64,000 nt of DNA from NCBI GenBank assembly GCA_964479955.1, contig CAYZNK010000002.1, positions 156,955-220,954 on the forward strand, read 5' to 3'. The notes below the pieces were generated by a model that saw only the letters and a program-made list of their open reading frames with translations, was not told the origin of the DNA and ran no database searches. This stretch comes from an uncultured Candidatus Saccharibacteria bacterium. Lineage in GTDB: Bacteria; Patescibacteriota; Minisyncoccia; Minisyncoccales; Staskawiczbacteraceae. The position numbers were made by a program, and so were the translations under genes. Every line of letters starts with the position of its first letter. The first letter of the stretch is position 1. Of this stretch, positions 33,502-41,575 are shown piece after piece.

Positions 33502-33545
33502 TTTTGTCTCACCTGTCTCTGCCGGCAGATACAGGTGAGACAAAA
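33502..33545. promoter_or_regulatory. 44-bp near-perfect palindrome abutting the -35 (candidate operator)
   Basis: TTTTGTCTCACCTGTCTCTGCC|GGCAGATACAGGTGAGACAAAA with one mismatch. An A-run lies 3' in both orientations, so it is not a canonical terminator. Confidence 0.5.
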
Positions 33546-33694
33546 TATGGATTGAAATTTTGCCATAAAAGAGACGAATTTAAATAATAATTAAAATTAA
33601 TTAAGAAATAAAAATCTACAAAAAAATAAATTATTTTGTAGATTGTTTTAATGGCAAAAAATTTATTTAAATCCAAACAAAAACAAAGTTAATC

Positions 33695-33712
33695 TTTATT
33701 GTGCGACAAATT
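33695..33712 (+). repeat. 18-mer TTTATTGTGCGACAAATT (forward)
   Basis: Identical to the xseA and hrcA copies. Nt 33695-33711 are the exact reverse complement of 35050-35066. Confidence 0.9.
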
Positions 33713-33721
33713 AATGGAAGG

Positions 33722-33754
33722 AAAATCGGGCGCCCCATGGGAAAACCCGATTTT
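33722..33754 (-). terminator. intrinsic terminator of the 385-aa gene
   Basis: AAAATCGGG-(15 nt)-CCCGATTTT, 28 nt downstream of the stop at 33782. Confidence 0.7.
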
Positions 33755-33781
33755 ATTGTTGTTTGGCCTAATGGTTTTTGG

Positions 33782-34939
33782 TTAAAACCTGATTGGGCGG
33801 TATCCCGACTGACTGCTAAAACGCACCACCCAGCGATTGTCGTAAGGCGCTACAATTAAAGTTGAGCGCAATTTGCTTGGGTTTGGCATACGAAGCAGCC
33901 AGCTTGTATCCACATACAGCCTTCCGTTATACTGGCGGAAGACACTGTAATTGGGCGGAGTAGACATCAGAACGCCGTCCTTTGTCCACGGTCTATCCTG
34001 AAAAACCTCGTAAAGAATTAGGGCCGGCTTGCTGTCATCATGCTGACATCTGGCATATTGCACAAACGAAAGCCAGTGAATCCACTCGCCAATTTTCTCG
34101 CCGTTGGCAAGAATAAATCCTACGGGGCTAGATTGGGGCTGTAAATCAGAAAGATAAAGCGCCCGCGACGGGCCGCCAGGTTTTCCATAGTGCAGAAACT
34201 GTGCCACTTGGGAATCTTGCATAAACCCGCTATCAATAAAGTTCTCCTTGTAGCCGGCTTTGCCAGCGTCTCCAAGAAAAGTAACAAACCGCTTCATCTC
34301 ACCAACGGCATTAATACTTGGAAAGAGAATTACCTGGCCGTTCGCCTGTATATAGTCAAAGTTGATTTGAGATTCCACATCGTTTGGCAATTTGGTAATC
34401 CTATTACCAGCCGCGCAGGAAATTGCAATTTCCCTGGTGATATAATTAATAATCACCGCGAAAATTGGCACCCCGCGCCGCACACAACTGATTGCTGAAG
34501 TTGCCCCGGTTATGCTTGCTGGCGCGCCAAACTTGGCCTCCCATTTGCTGATAACTTCGGCACTTCCAAAAATATCATTGATTACCGTATCCCGCGGAAA
34601 ATCGCTAAGAAACTCTTTGAGCTGGTTAGAACGGTCGGTGGGGTCAGAAATAAAAACCGTACGAAATGTCTGTGGGTCATTAGGACGAAACGTATCGCCG
34701 TCAACATTGACTCCGCGCGAACCAACCTCTTCAGTAATCACAATGGCGCCCGCGTCATACCTGGCAAGCTCCTCGCAAATAATAATCTCCGGCCCTGCGT
34801 CCATACCAAGAGTGTCTTTTTTTCCATAAGCGGCGATGGGTCTAAGCGCATCGTCAACTGTGGAATGCAACAAATCGCTGTAAGCAGTTAATGCCGCGGA
34901 AATTGCCGCATTCAGATGTGATTTTTCAACGCCTTGCAT
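33782..34939 (-). CDS. divergent IMPase/FBPase-fold (sugar-phosphatase-like) protein, GC-rich
   Basis: Start moved to ATG 34939 (AAGGAG 8 nt upstream): MQGVEKSHLN... EE motif in AIVITEEVG; DP.D motif in VFISDPTDRSNQL. The C-terminal half is unassigned. Confidence 0.75.
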   Translation of the reverse strand: MQGVEKSHLNAAISAALTAYSDLLHSTVDDALRPIAAYGKKDTLGMDAGPEIIICEELARYDAGAIVITEEVGSRGVNVDGDTFRPNDPQTFRTVFISDPTDRSNQLKEFLSDFPRDTVINDIFGSAEVISKWEAKFGAPASITGATSAISCVRRGVPIFAVIINYITREIAISCAAGNRITKLPNDVESQINFDYIQANGQVILFPSINAVGEMKRFVTFLGDAGKAGYKENFIDSGFMQDSQVAQFLHYGKPGGPSRALYLSDLQPQSSPVGFILANGEKIGEWIHWLSFVQYARCQHDDSKPALILYEVFQDRPWTKDGVLMSTPPNYSVFRQYNGRLYVDTSWLLRMPNPSKLRSTLIVAPYDNRWVVRFSSQSGYRPIRF

Positions 34940-34998
34940 AATCAGTACTCCTTTTTCCAATTGATAACAGGCCAAAAAAAATTTAAAGGTACACTTTG

Positions 34999-35027
34999 AA
35001 ACTATCACAAACCCAACTATTTGTAAA
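34999..35027 (-). promoter_or_regulatory. possible promoter of the 385-aa gene
   Basis: Minus strand TTTACA (35027-35022), 17-nt spacer, TAGTTT (35004-34999). Confidence 0.35.
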
Positions 35028-35049
35028 TATTTTTTCCATCTCATTTTAT

Positions 35050-35066
35050 ATTTGTCGCACAATAAA
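35050..35066 (-). repeat. ATTGTGCGAC-word copy (reverse), inverted partner of 33695-33711
   Basis: The plus strand reads ATTTGTCGCACAATAAA. Confidence 0.9.
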
Positions 35067-35111
35067 ACAGACGGGGCACCCGTGGGGCAGGGGAGAGAGA
35101 ACAAGCAATTC

Positions 35112-35128
35112 ATTGTGCGACAGATTGG
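35112..35128 (+). repeat. ATTGTGCGACAGATTGG (forward), inverted partner of 37347-37363
   Basis: A 17-nt exact inverted pair. The last 4 nt overlap the -35 TTGGAA of sigma promoter P1. Confidence 0.9.
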
Positions 35129-35153
35129 AAAAACCCCAAAATAGAACTATAAT
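35125..35153 (+). promoter_or_regulatory. sigma70-type promoter P1 of the sigma-factor gene
   Basis: TTGGAA, 17-nt spacer, TATAAT (35148-35153). Confidence 0.55.
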
Positions 35154-35154
35154 A

Positions 35155-35183
35155 TTGACAAAATTGGGATTTATTTATAAAAT
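35155..35183 (+). promoter_or_regulatory. sigma70-type promoter P2 of the sigma-factor gene
   Basis: TTGACA (35155-35160), 17-nt spacer, TAAAAT (35178-35183). Confidence 0.55.
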
Positions 35184-35214
35184 AAGTTAAGCTCTTTTCA
35201 AGAAAGGATTCCTT

Positions 35215-35760
35215 ATGCAATCGTGCCAGTTAGATGAAATTGGAGAAATTGTTGAAAGAGTACAGGCTGGAGACAATGACTCTTTTGGTCTTCTGTACTC
35301 AATGTTTAGGGGTAGCATCATGGCTTGCTTGATAAACATGGGAATCAAATACCATGAAGCCGAAGACCTTTGTAATGATATTTTTCTCCAGGCACACAGA
35401 AAAATAACCGATCTAAGAGAACCTAAAAAGTTCTTTGCATGGTTGAAGGTTATAGCTAAACGCATGGGCATAAACTTCCTTATCCGAAGAAAATGTCTAC
35501 CATCTCTGGAAGAATTATTTGAGCCAAATGAAATAAGCGACCCCAGTGGCAGACTGGTTAAGCTTGAAGATGTGCATTTTGCCAGAAAATTATTGGAAGA
35601 TTTGCAGCCCATGGATTCGCAATGCCTTAGACTGTTTTACTTTGATGGACTTTCGCTATTGGAAATAGCGGAGATACTTGGGATTCCATCGGGAACAGTG
35701 AAGCGGCGCCTGCACGTTGCCAGAAAGCGGGCAAAAAAACAAAAGAAATTTGCGTTTTAG
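35215..35760 (+). CDS. ECF-type (group 4) sigma-70 family RNA polymerase sigma factor
   Basis: Region 2: DLCNDIFLQAHRKI...FFAWLKVIAKRMGINFLIRR. Region 4: LRLFYFDGLSLLEIAEILGIPSGTVKRRLHVARKRA. Confidence 0.8.
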   Translation: MQSCQLDEIGEIVERVQAGDNDSFGLLYSMFRGSIMACLINMGIKYHEAEDLCNDIFLQAHRKITDLREPKKFFAWLKVIAKRMGINFLIRRKCLPSLEELFEPNEISDPSGRLVKLEDVHFARKLLEDLQPMDSQCLRLFYFDGLSLLEIAEILGIPSGTVKRRLHVARKRAKKQKKFAF

Positions 35761-35764
35761 CAGA

Positions 35765-35787
35765 GCCACCACTTGCGTGGCTTTTTT
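35765..35787 (+). terminator. intrinsic terminator
   Basis: GCCAC-cacttgc-GTGGC followed by TTTTTT, running into the next motif copy. Confidence 0.7.
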
Positions 35788-35798
35788 ATTGTGCGACA
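35784..35798 (+). repeat. TTTTATTGTGCGACA (forward), inverted partner of 37418-37432
   Basis: A 15-nt exact inverted pair enclosing the recombinase and the 119-aa gene. Confidence 0.85.
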
Positions 35799-35818
35799 TT
35801 TTAATAAGTTGAGGTAAA

Positions 35819-36832
35819 CTATTTTTTGTCCGGGTCGCTGTGATATTGGTGGTGAATGTCTCGGAGGCGTTTGTTAGTTACATGAGTATAGATTTGAGTT
35901 GTTGCAATATTTGAGTGGCCCAAAAATTCTTGGATACTGCGCAGGTCAACGCCCTGATTTAGTAAATCTGTTGCGTAGGAATGTCGCAAGGTGTGTGGAG
36001 TGGTAAAAACCGGAATTCCGGATAACAACGCATACTTTTTTACCATACGTTCTATGGAGCGCGGAGTGAGTCTGGCATCAACATTATCTTTCTTGTCACG
36101 AAAATTTATAAACAAGGCCTTGGTATTGGCGTTTGATATATCGTTTCTTATTTCTAAATATTTTTTTATGTGATCTAAGGCACGCTCTGAAAAATAAACA
36201 ACACGCGGTTTTCCGCCTTTTCCTATAACTCCAAGTTCTAAATCTTTTTTATCTTTTATGCTGTTGAACTGCTCAAGGTTTAAAGATGTTAACTCGGCGA
36301 TTCTAAGGCCGGTTGAAAAAAAAGACTCTAAAATAGCCCTGTCTCTTATAGAAATTGCGTCTTTTGGCTCAACAGAGGCTAAAAGCTTACCAATCTGCTC
36401 TAAACTAAGGAATTTCACGGATTTTTGGCTTTTATCTGCCTTTGGAAGCGATATTTTACCCGGAGGGGTAGACAATATGTCTTTTGCCACAAAGTAGCCT
36501 AAAAGGGCTCTCAGGGCTATAAGATAGTAGTTTTGGGTGGATTTTGATAATAATTTGCCTGTGGCTGGGCTTGGCTGACGAGATAAAAATAATCTATATT
36601 TCCAAATGTGATCTGAGGTCAGTTGGTGGGGGAGTAAAGAGCTTAAATTAGCTTTATTTTGCCAATAAAAAAACTTTTCTAAATATTTTTTATAATTCTC
36701 TTGCGTATTATCACGCAAACCTTTTTCAACTTCACAATAATCCAAAAAATCCTGCAGATGATCTTTGATTGGTTTTGTTGATTCTTGCATTTTGTTATAT
36801 GTATACTTCGGTTTACCTACATTTTGCGACAT
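35819..36832 (-). CDS. xerC: Xer-like tyrosine site-specific recombinase
   Basis: N-terminal SAM-like domain. Catalytic region GLRIAEL, HTLRHSYATDLLNQGVDLRSIQEFLGHSNIATTQIYTHV. Confidence 0.85.
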   Translation of the reverse strand: MSQNVGKPKYTYNKMQESTKPIKDHLQDFLDYCEVEKGLRDNTQENYKKYLEKFFYWQNKANLSSLLPHQLTSDHIWKYRLFLSRQPSPATGKLLSKSTQNYYLIALRALLGYFVAKDILSTPPGKISLPKADKSQKSVKFLSLEQIGKLLASVEPKDAISIRDRAILESFFSTGLRIAELTSLNLEQFNSIKDKKDLELGVIGKGGKPRVVYFSERALDHIKKYLEIRNDISNANTKALFINFRDKKDNVDARLTPRSIERMVKKYALLSGIPVFTTPHTLRHSYATDLLNQGVDLRSIQEFLGHSNIATTQIYTHVTNKRLRDIHHQYHSDPDKK

Positions 36833-36918
36833 TCTATATATTTATAATAAATCGCCTCCTAGAGGTGTGTCAATACTCAAAAGCATCAAACGACACGACT
36901 TAAAACGGTTTTTAAAAA

Positions 36919-37278
36919 TTAATTTGCCGGACAATTTTGAGGAGATCCGGGATTTACAATACTATTTTTGATTCCTGAAATATAATCCCCAACTTTTTCC
37001 AAAACATTTTCAGAAATTTCTTCTTTCTGAGTTTCAATGGCATCTTTTGCCATCTCTCCCCTCTTCTGCGACTCTTCCAGCAGGGTAGGATATGCTTTAT
37101 TAGAAACCCAGTTTATGCCATCTTCCCAACGGTCATATATGGCGGCTGAAACATTGGAAAACAAATTTTTGTCCTCTACGTTATTAAAATGGTCCTGCTG
37201 GCTCAAAAAAACTATGGCTGATATTACGACTATTGCGCCAATATAAATTATAAGCTTTTTTTTACTGTTTCCCTTCAT
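36919..37278 (-). CDS. membrane-anchored hypothetical protein (119 aa)
   Basis: N-terminal TM helix KLIIYIGAIVVISAIVFL. Confidence 0.6.
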   Translation of the reverse strand: MKGNSKKKLIIYIGAIVVISAIVFLSQQDHFNNVEDKNLFSNVSAAIYDRWEDGINWVSNKAYPTLLEESQKRGEMAKDAIETQKEEISENVLEKVGDYISGIKNSIVNPGSPQNCPAN

Positions 37279-37346
37279 TTTAATGAAAATATCTTAATCT
37301 TATAATATTATAAATATGTTTTATTTCCTCCCTCACCTGCCATAGC

Positions 37347-37377
37347 CCAATCTGTCGCACAATAGTCGCACAATAAA
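37347..37377 (-). repeat. two reverse ATTGTGCGAC-word copies (tandem GTCGCACAATA x2)
   Basis: CCAATCTGTCGCACAAT (37347-37363) is the inverted partner of 35112-35128. GTCGCACAATA is repeated at 37354-37364 and 37365-37375. Confidence 0.9.
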
Positions 37378-37417
37378 CAGACCTCCCAAAAAATAAAGAT
37401 AAATAAAATTGTAAAAT

Positions 37418-37432
37418 TGTCGCACAATAAAA
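37418..37432 (-). repeat. ATTGTGCGAC-word copy (reverse)
   Basis: The plus strand reads TGTCGCACAATAAAA. Confidence 0.85.
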
Positions 37433-37453
37433 TAACACACTACACCAAATATA

Positions 37454-38980
37454 TTATGTTATTGATAACATCTTAATTGCGTCTTTAATGCGTTTTAAGG
37501 TTTTCTCCTTGCCCAATATATCAGCTATTTCAAACGGGCTTGGAGAAAACTTTTTACCCGACAGGGCAACTCTTAGCGGCCATAGCAGATATCCCCTGTT
37601 ATTTTGCGGATAATTCTTTTCTGAATTAAATTTTTGTGAAGCTGACAATAATTCTTTTTCAACATTTTCATAATTCCATTTGTTTATATTAGACATAACG
37701 CTTTCCGACAAAGATAAAGAATCAAGCACTTCCCCATCTTTCATATTCTGCCATCGCAACATTTCCTTATCAAAAAATAATTCCTTAATAAAGAAAAAAT
37801 CTGACAACTCAGAAATATCGGAAAGTTTTTTCATTCTTGATTTTGAAACTTCAATAATTTTTTGAAGATGCAAATCAGTCATACTCTCCCCTGCCCCGTC
37901 TTTGTAGTTGCCATTTTCTTCTTTGATAAGTTTTTTATCAACAAGATAAGGAATACATAGCTCTGTTAATTTTTCTATTGATTTTTCCCTTATATACACG
38001 CCGTTAATAAAATCCAGCCTTTGTAAATTGAAAACAGCACCTGATTTCTGCACTTTTTCAATTGAAAATTCTTTTTCTAACTGTGACAAAGAAAATATTT
38101 CTTTTTCTGTCCCAGGATTCCACCCCAGCAAAACCATAAAATTTATCATGGCTTCTGGAAGATATCCTTGGTTTTTATATTCACTTACAGATACTGCCCC
38201 AAATCTTTTGCTCATTTTTGACCTGTCTGGCGCCAGTATCAAAGGCAAGTGGCCGTATTCAGGCCTATCAAAACCAAGCGCATCTTGAATTAAAATCTGT
38301 TTCGGGGTATTGGCAATATGGTCTTCTCCTCTTATTACATGGCTTATTTTCATTTCGAAATCATCAACTACAACCGCAAAATTATATAAAGGAGTCTTTA
38401 CGTCTTTTGCTATAACAATATCTCCAATAAGGCCTGCGTCAAACTCAACATTTCCTCTGATTAAATCTTTAAACTTAATTTTTTTATTTTCAACTCTAAA
38501 TCTTATAACTGATGGTATTTTATCTGCAATATTTTTTTCTATTTCCTGCTTGGAAAGACTTGCGCATTTTCCGTCATATTTTGGAGCTAATCCCCTGCTC
38601 ATTTGGTCTTGGCGCTTTTGTTCCAATTCGTCCTGAGAGCAAAAACAATAATACGCCTCATTTTCTTTTAAAAGTTTTTCTAAATATTTTTTATATGAAT
38701 CCAATCTCTGAGTTTGTTTGTACGGCCCAAAATCTCCATCAATGTCAGGTCCTTCGTCCCACTCAATCCCCAACCACTTTAATCCGTCAATTATATCCTG
38801 TGTCCATTTAATGTCAGACCTCTCTAAATCAGTATCTTCTATTCTTAACACAAAAGAACCTGCGTTTTTCTTTGCGAAAAGATAATTAAAAAGCGCGCTT
38901 CTTGCTGTTCCAATATGCAGGGCCCCTGTTGGCGAAGGCGCAATTCTTACTCTTATTTTTTTAAAATCATTGTTTTTCAT
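37454..38980 (-). CDS. gltX: glutamate--tRNA ligase
   Basis: RVRIAPSPTGALHIGTARSALFNY (HIGH motif) and KMSKR. Confidence 0.95.
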   Translation of the reverse strand: MKNNDFKKIRVRIAPSPTGALHIGTARSALFNYLFAKKNAGSFVLRIEDTDLERSDIKWTQDIIDGLKWLGIEWDEGPDIDGDFGPYKQTQRLDSYKKYLEKLLKENEAYYCFCSQDELEQKRQDQMSRGLAPKYDGKCASLSKQEIEKNIADKIPSVIRFRVENKKIKFKDLIRGNVEFDAGLIGDIVIAKDVKTPLYNFAVVVDDFEMKISHVIRGEDHIANTPKQILIQDALGFDRPEYGHLPLILAPDRSKMSKRFGAVSVSEYKNQGYLPEAMINFMVLLGWNPGTEKEIFSLSQLEKEFSIEKVQKSGAVFNLQRLDFINGVYIREKSIEKLTELCIPYLVDKKLIKEENGNYKDGAGESMTDLHLQKIIEVSKSRMKKLSDISELSDFFFIKELFFDKEMLRWQNMKDGEVLDSLSLSESVMSNINKWNYENVEKELLSASQKFNSEKNYPQNNRGYLLWPLRVALSGKKFSPSPFEIADILGKEKTLKRIKDAIKMLSIT

Positions 38981-39120
38981 TTCTGCAAAATTATTTACTT
39001 ATAATAACAAAAATACCAACAAAATAAAATATTATTCAAAACCTTGACAATTATAAAATAATATAATACTATAAAAACAGCACAAACAATACAAAAACAA
39101 TATAAAACAAAGGAAAAAAC

Positions 39121-39243
39121 TTGAAAAACTTGCTGAACATAAGCAGGTCTATCTTCCAAGCAGGATGGACCCTGTCCTTGATGGTGGTCGTATTTCTTCT
39201 TTTCTATCTGTATTTTTTGGTCGGAAAAAAAACTGACCACTGA
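39121..39243 (+). CDS. possible small membrane peptide (40 aa, TTG start) antisense to the flanking operons
   Basis: Own reading: (M)KNLLNISRSIFQAGWTLSLMVVVFLLFYLYFLVGKKTDH. TTGACA-N17-TACTAT at 39044-39072; the hairpin at 39248-39276 follows. Weak evidence. Confidence 0.2.
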   Translation: MKNLLNISRSIFQAGWTLSLMVVVFLLFYLYFLVGKKTDH

Positions 39244-39247
39244 AGTC

Positions 39248-39276
39248 AAAAGCTCGGTATTTATACCGAGCTTTTT
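39248..39276. terminator. bidirectional intrinsic terminator (murG end)
   Basis: AAAAGCTCGGTA-ttta-TACCGAGCTTTT. Confidence 0.75.
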
Positions 39277-39292
39277 CATTTTTAATATTTTT

Positions 39293-40402
39293 TTACAGCA
39301 AAAACTCCAGTATTTCCCTGGCAATGGCGTTTGCTGCCAAAGGTTTTGCAAAAGCTAATGCCGCTTTTTTCATTTCATCTATCTTTCCGGAGTGTAGGAA
39401 TAACAGCTCAATTTTTTCAACAAAAAAATTAGGGGTTAAATTTTCCTGTTCAATTACAATAGCCGCCCCGGAGCCTCCATATATATAAGCGTTTTCAGCC
39501 TGATGATTAAACGATGAAGAAGGCAAAGGAATTAATATGCTTGGTTTTCCCAATGCGGCTATCTCAAAAATAGAACCCGATCCGGACCTTGATACTATAA
39601 TGTTAGCTGCCTTATATGCATGCTTCATTTTTTCTTCACCCAAAAATCCTTCCAGATGGTAATATCTTTCTAAATTTTTATCTATTACAACTTGAGATTC
39701 CGCTCTTACCTGTTGTTCATTTACCTTGCCGCAAACATGGATTATCTCATATTTTTTTAGCAAATCGTTTAAAATCCTTAAAACAAAATCATTTATAGCT
39801 TCTGCCCCCTGAGACCCTCCTATTATTAAAAAAATCGGTTTTGTAAAGGTTAAATCAAACAATTCTCCAGCTATTTTTTCATCCCCTTGCAAAATCTCTT
39901 TTCTAATTGGGTTGCCAACCAAAACTGTCTTTTCGGGGTTAAAATATTTTGTTTTTGGAAAAGAGATAAAAATTTTCCTGGCCCATTTTGAAGTTTGCTG
40001 GTTTGACAGTCCTGGCACAGAATCAGATTCGTGCAGAAAAACGGGGATATTTAGCATCTTGGCCGCAAGTGTTACTGAAATTGACCCGGACCCTCCTTTG
40101 CTAAAAACTAAATCTGGCTTTATTTTTATTAAATTAAAAAAGCTCTGCAAAAATCCTATGGGAATTTTAAAAATAACATCCGTAAAATTTTTCAACGAAA
40201 AATACCTCCTTATTTTTCCTGATATTATTTTTTTAATTTTAAAATCCTCTTGGGACAGATAAATCAAACTCAGTTCATCTTTGGGCCCCATATAATAAAA
40301 TTCTAAATTCTTATCGGTATAGATTCTTCTAATTTCCCTGGCAATGGCAACAAGAGGAAAAACGTGCCCTCCTGTCCCGCCGCCGGTAAATAATATCCTC
40401 AT
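39293..40402 (-). CDS. murG: UDP-N-acetylglucosamine--N-acetylmuramyl-(pentapeptide) pyrophosphoryl-undecaprenol GlcNAc transferase
   Basis: ILFTGGGTGGHVFPLVAIA, IIGGSQGA, SRSGSGSIFE. Confidence 0.95.
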   Translation of the reverse strand: MRILFTGGGTGGHVFPLVAIAREIRRIYTDKNLEFYYMGPKDELSLIYLSQEDFKIKKIISGKIRRYFSLKNFTDVIFKIPIGFLQSFFNLIKIKPDLVFSKGGSGSISVTLAAKMLNIPVFLHESDSVPGLSNQQTSKWARKIFISFPKTKYFNPEKTVLVGNPIRKEILQGDEKIAGELFDLTFTKPIFLIIGGSQGAEAINDFVLRILNDLLKKYEIIHVCGKVNEQQVRAESQVVIDKNLERYYHLEGFLGEEKMKHAYKAANIIVSRSGSGSIFEIAALGKPSILIPLPSSSFNHQAENAYIYGGSGAAIVIEQENLTPNFFVEKIELLFLHSGKIDEMKKAALAFAKPLAANAIAREILEFLL

Positions 40403-40450
40403 ATTTTTAAATTATTAATATGAATATTAACAAACTTTATTTTAACGTTT

Positions 40451-41575
40451 TTAGCCGTTCTTTGAAATATTAAGAAGTATTCCTACTGCTATCAATTCTG
40501 ACACCAGGTGAGACCCTCCGTAGGAAAAAAACGGCAAAGGAATACCCACAAAGGGAAATATTCCTATTGCAGAAGCTATGTTTATAAAGGCTTGAAAAGA
40601 AATCCAAAAGCTTATTCCCGTTGCCGTTAATTTTGCAAACTTATCCGTTGACTTTTTGGCGATATTTAACCCTCTCCAAAAAAACAGCCAAAACAACGTA
40701 ACAACCCCAAGCCCGCCTACCAGTCCAAGCTCCTCTCCTATCACTGAAAATACTGCATCGGAAATAGCTGTTGGCAAAAATCCGAATTTCTGATTTGACA
40801 TTCCAAGCCCTTTGCCTATGATTCCGCCCGAACCAACAGAAATTAATGATTGTTTTAAGTGATAGCTTCTACCCATCGGGTCTTCTTCTGGGTTTAAAAA
40901 AGTCATAAGCCTGTCTAATCTATAAGGCTCTATCTTTATCATAAAACATAACGCCGCTATTCCCAACACAATTATCAAAATGGTATGCCACCAGGGAGTT
41001 TTGGATGAAAAATAAACCGCAAGCAGAGTAATGGTTATAATCCCAAGAGTTGTAGCATCTTTTTGTAGAATCAAAGCAACGGATATTATCCCCAAAAAAA
41101 TAAGAAACGGAAGCAGAATGTATAGAGCATTATGATAATTTTTTTTCATGCTCAATTTCCAGCCGGATACGTTTGCTTCTGATAGTTTTGATGCTATCCA
41201 CGCAGACAAATATAATATAGATGTTATTTTTAAAAATTCTGACGGCTGAAACCCGTGCCCCCCAATACTGACCCATCTGTTTGCTCCCCAAATTTTAGTC
41301 CCGATCCCAGGCAAAAATACAAAAAATAAAACTATTAAATTCAAAATAACAAGTATTGGAGCTGTTTTTTTAAAAAAATCCAACGGTATTTTATAGGCGA
41401 TAAAACCCAAAATAACAGCAACGACGGCCAAAACCAGCTGATGGAACAGATAATAATTAGTATTCCCCCACCTTTGCAAAGACTCATAAGAAGAAAGACA
41501 GGATAAAAACAGCATACCAAAAAAAATTGAAAAGCCCACGATCCCAAGTAAAAAATAATCTGCTTTCTTTTTCAT
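40451..41575 (-). CDS. ftsW: SEDS-family peptidoglycan polymerase FtsW/RodA
   Basis: Multi-pass membrane protein with QPSEFLK and PFFSYGGS motifs. Confidence 0.9.
   Translation of the reverse strand: MKKKADYFLLGIVGFSIFFGMLFLSCLSSYESLQRWGNTNYYLFHQLVLAVVAVILGFIAYKIPLDFFKKTAPILVILNLIVLFFVFLPGIGTKIWGANRWVSIGGHGFQPSEFLKITSILYLSAWIASKLSEANVSGWKLSMKKNYHNALYILLPFLIFLGIISVALILQKDATTLGIITITLLAVYFSSKTPWWHTILIIVLGIAALCFMIKIEPYRLDRLMTFLNPEEDPMGRSYHLKQSLISVGSGGIIGKGLGMSNQKFGFLPTAISDAVFSVIGEELGLVGGLGVVTLFWLFFWRGLNIAKKSTDKFAKLTATGISFWISFQAFINIASAIGIFPFVGIPLPFFSYGGSHLVSELIAVGILLNISKNG

Noticed and set aside
35067-35111. G-quadruplex in the spacer between the head-to-head motif copies (GGGG..GGGG..GGGG)
   Set aside because: Only three G4 runs are present on one strand, and a canonical intramolecular quadruplex needs four.
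38995-39351. 118-aa minus-strand ORF between gltX and murG
   Set aside because: It overlaps the murG 3' end and runs through a perfect terminator hairpin (39248-39276) and AT-rich promoter-like DNA. Its Cys/Phe/Tyr-rich low-complexity translation is typical of AT-rich non-coding sequence.
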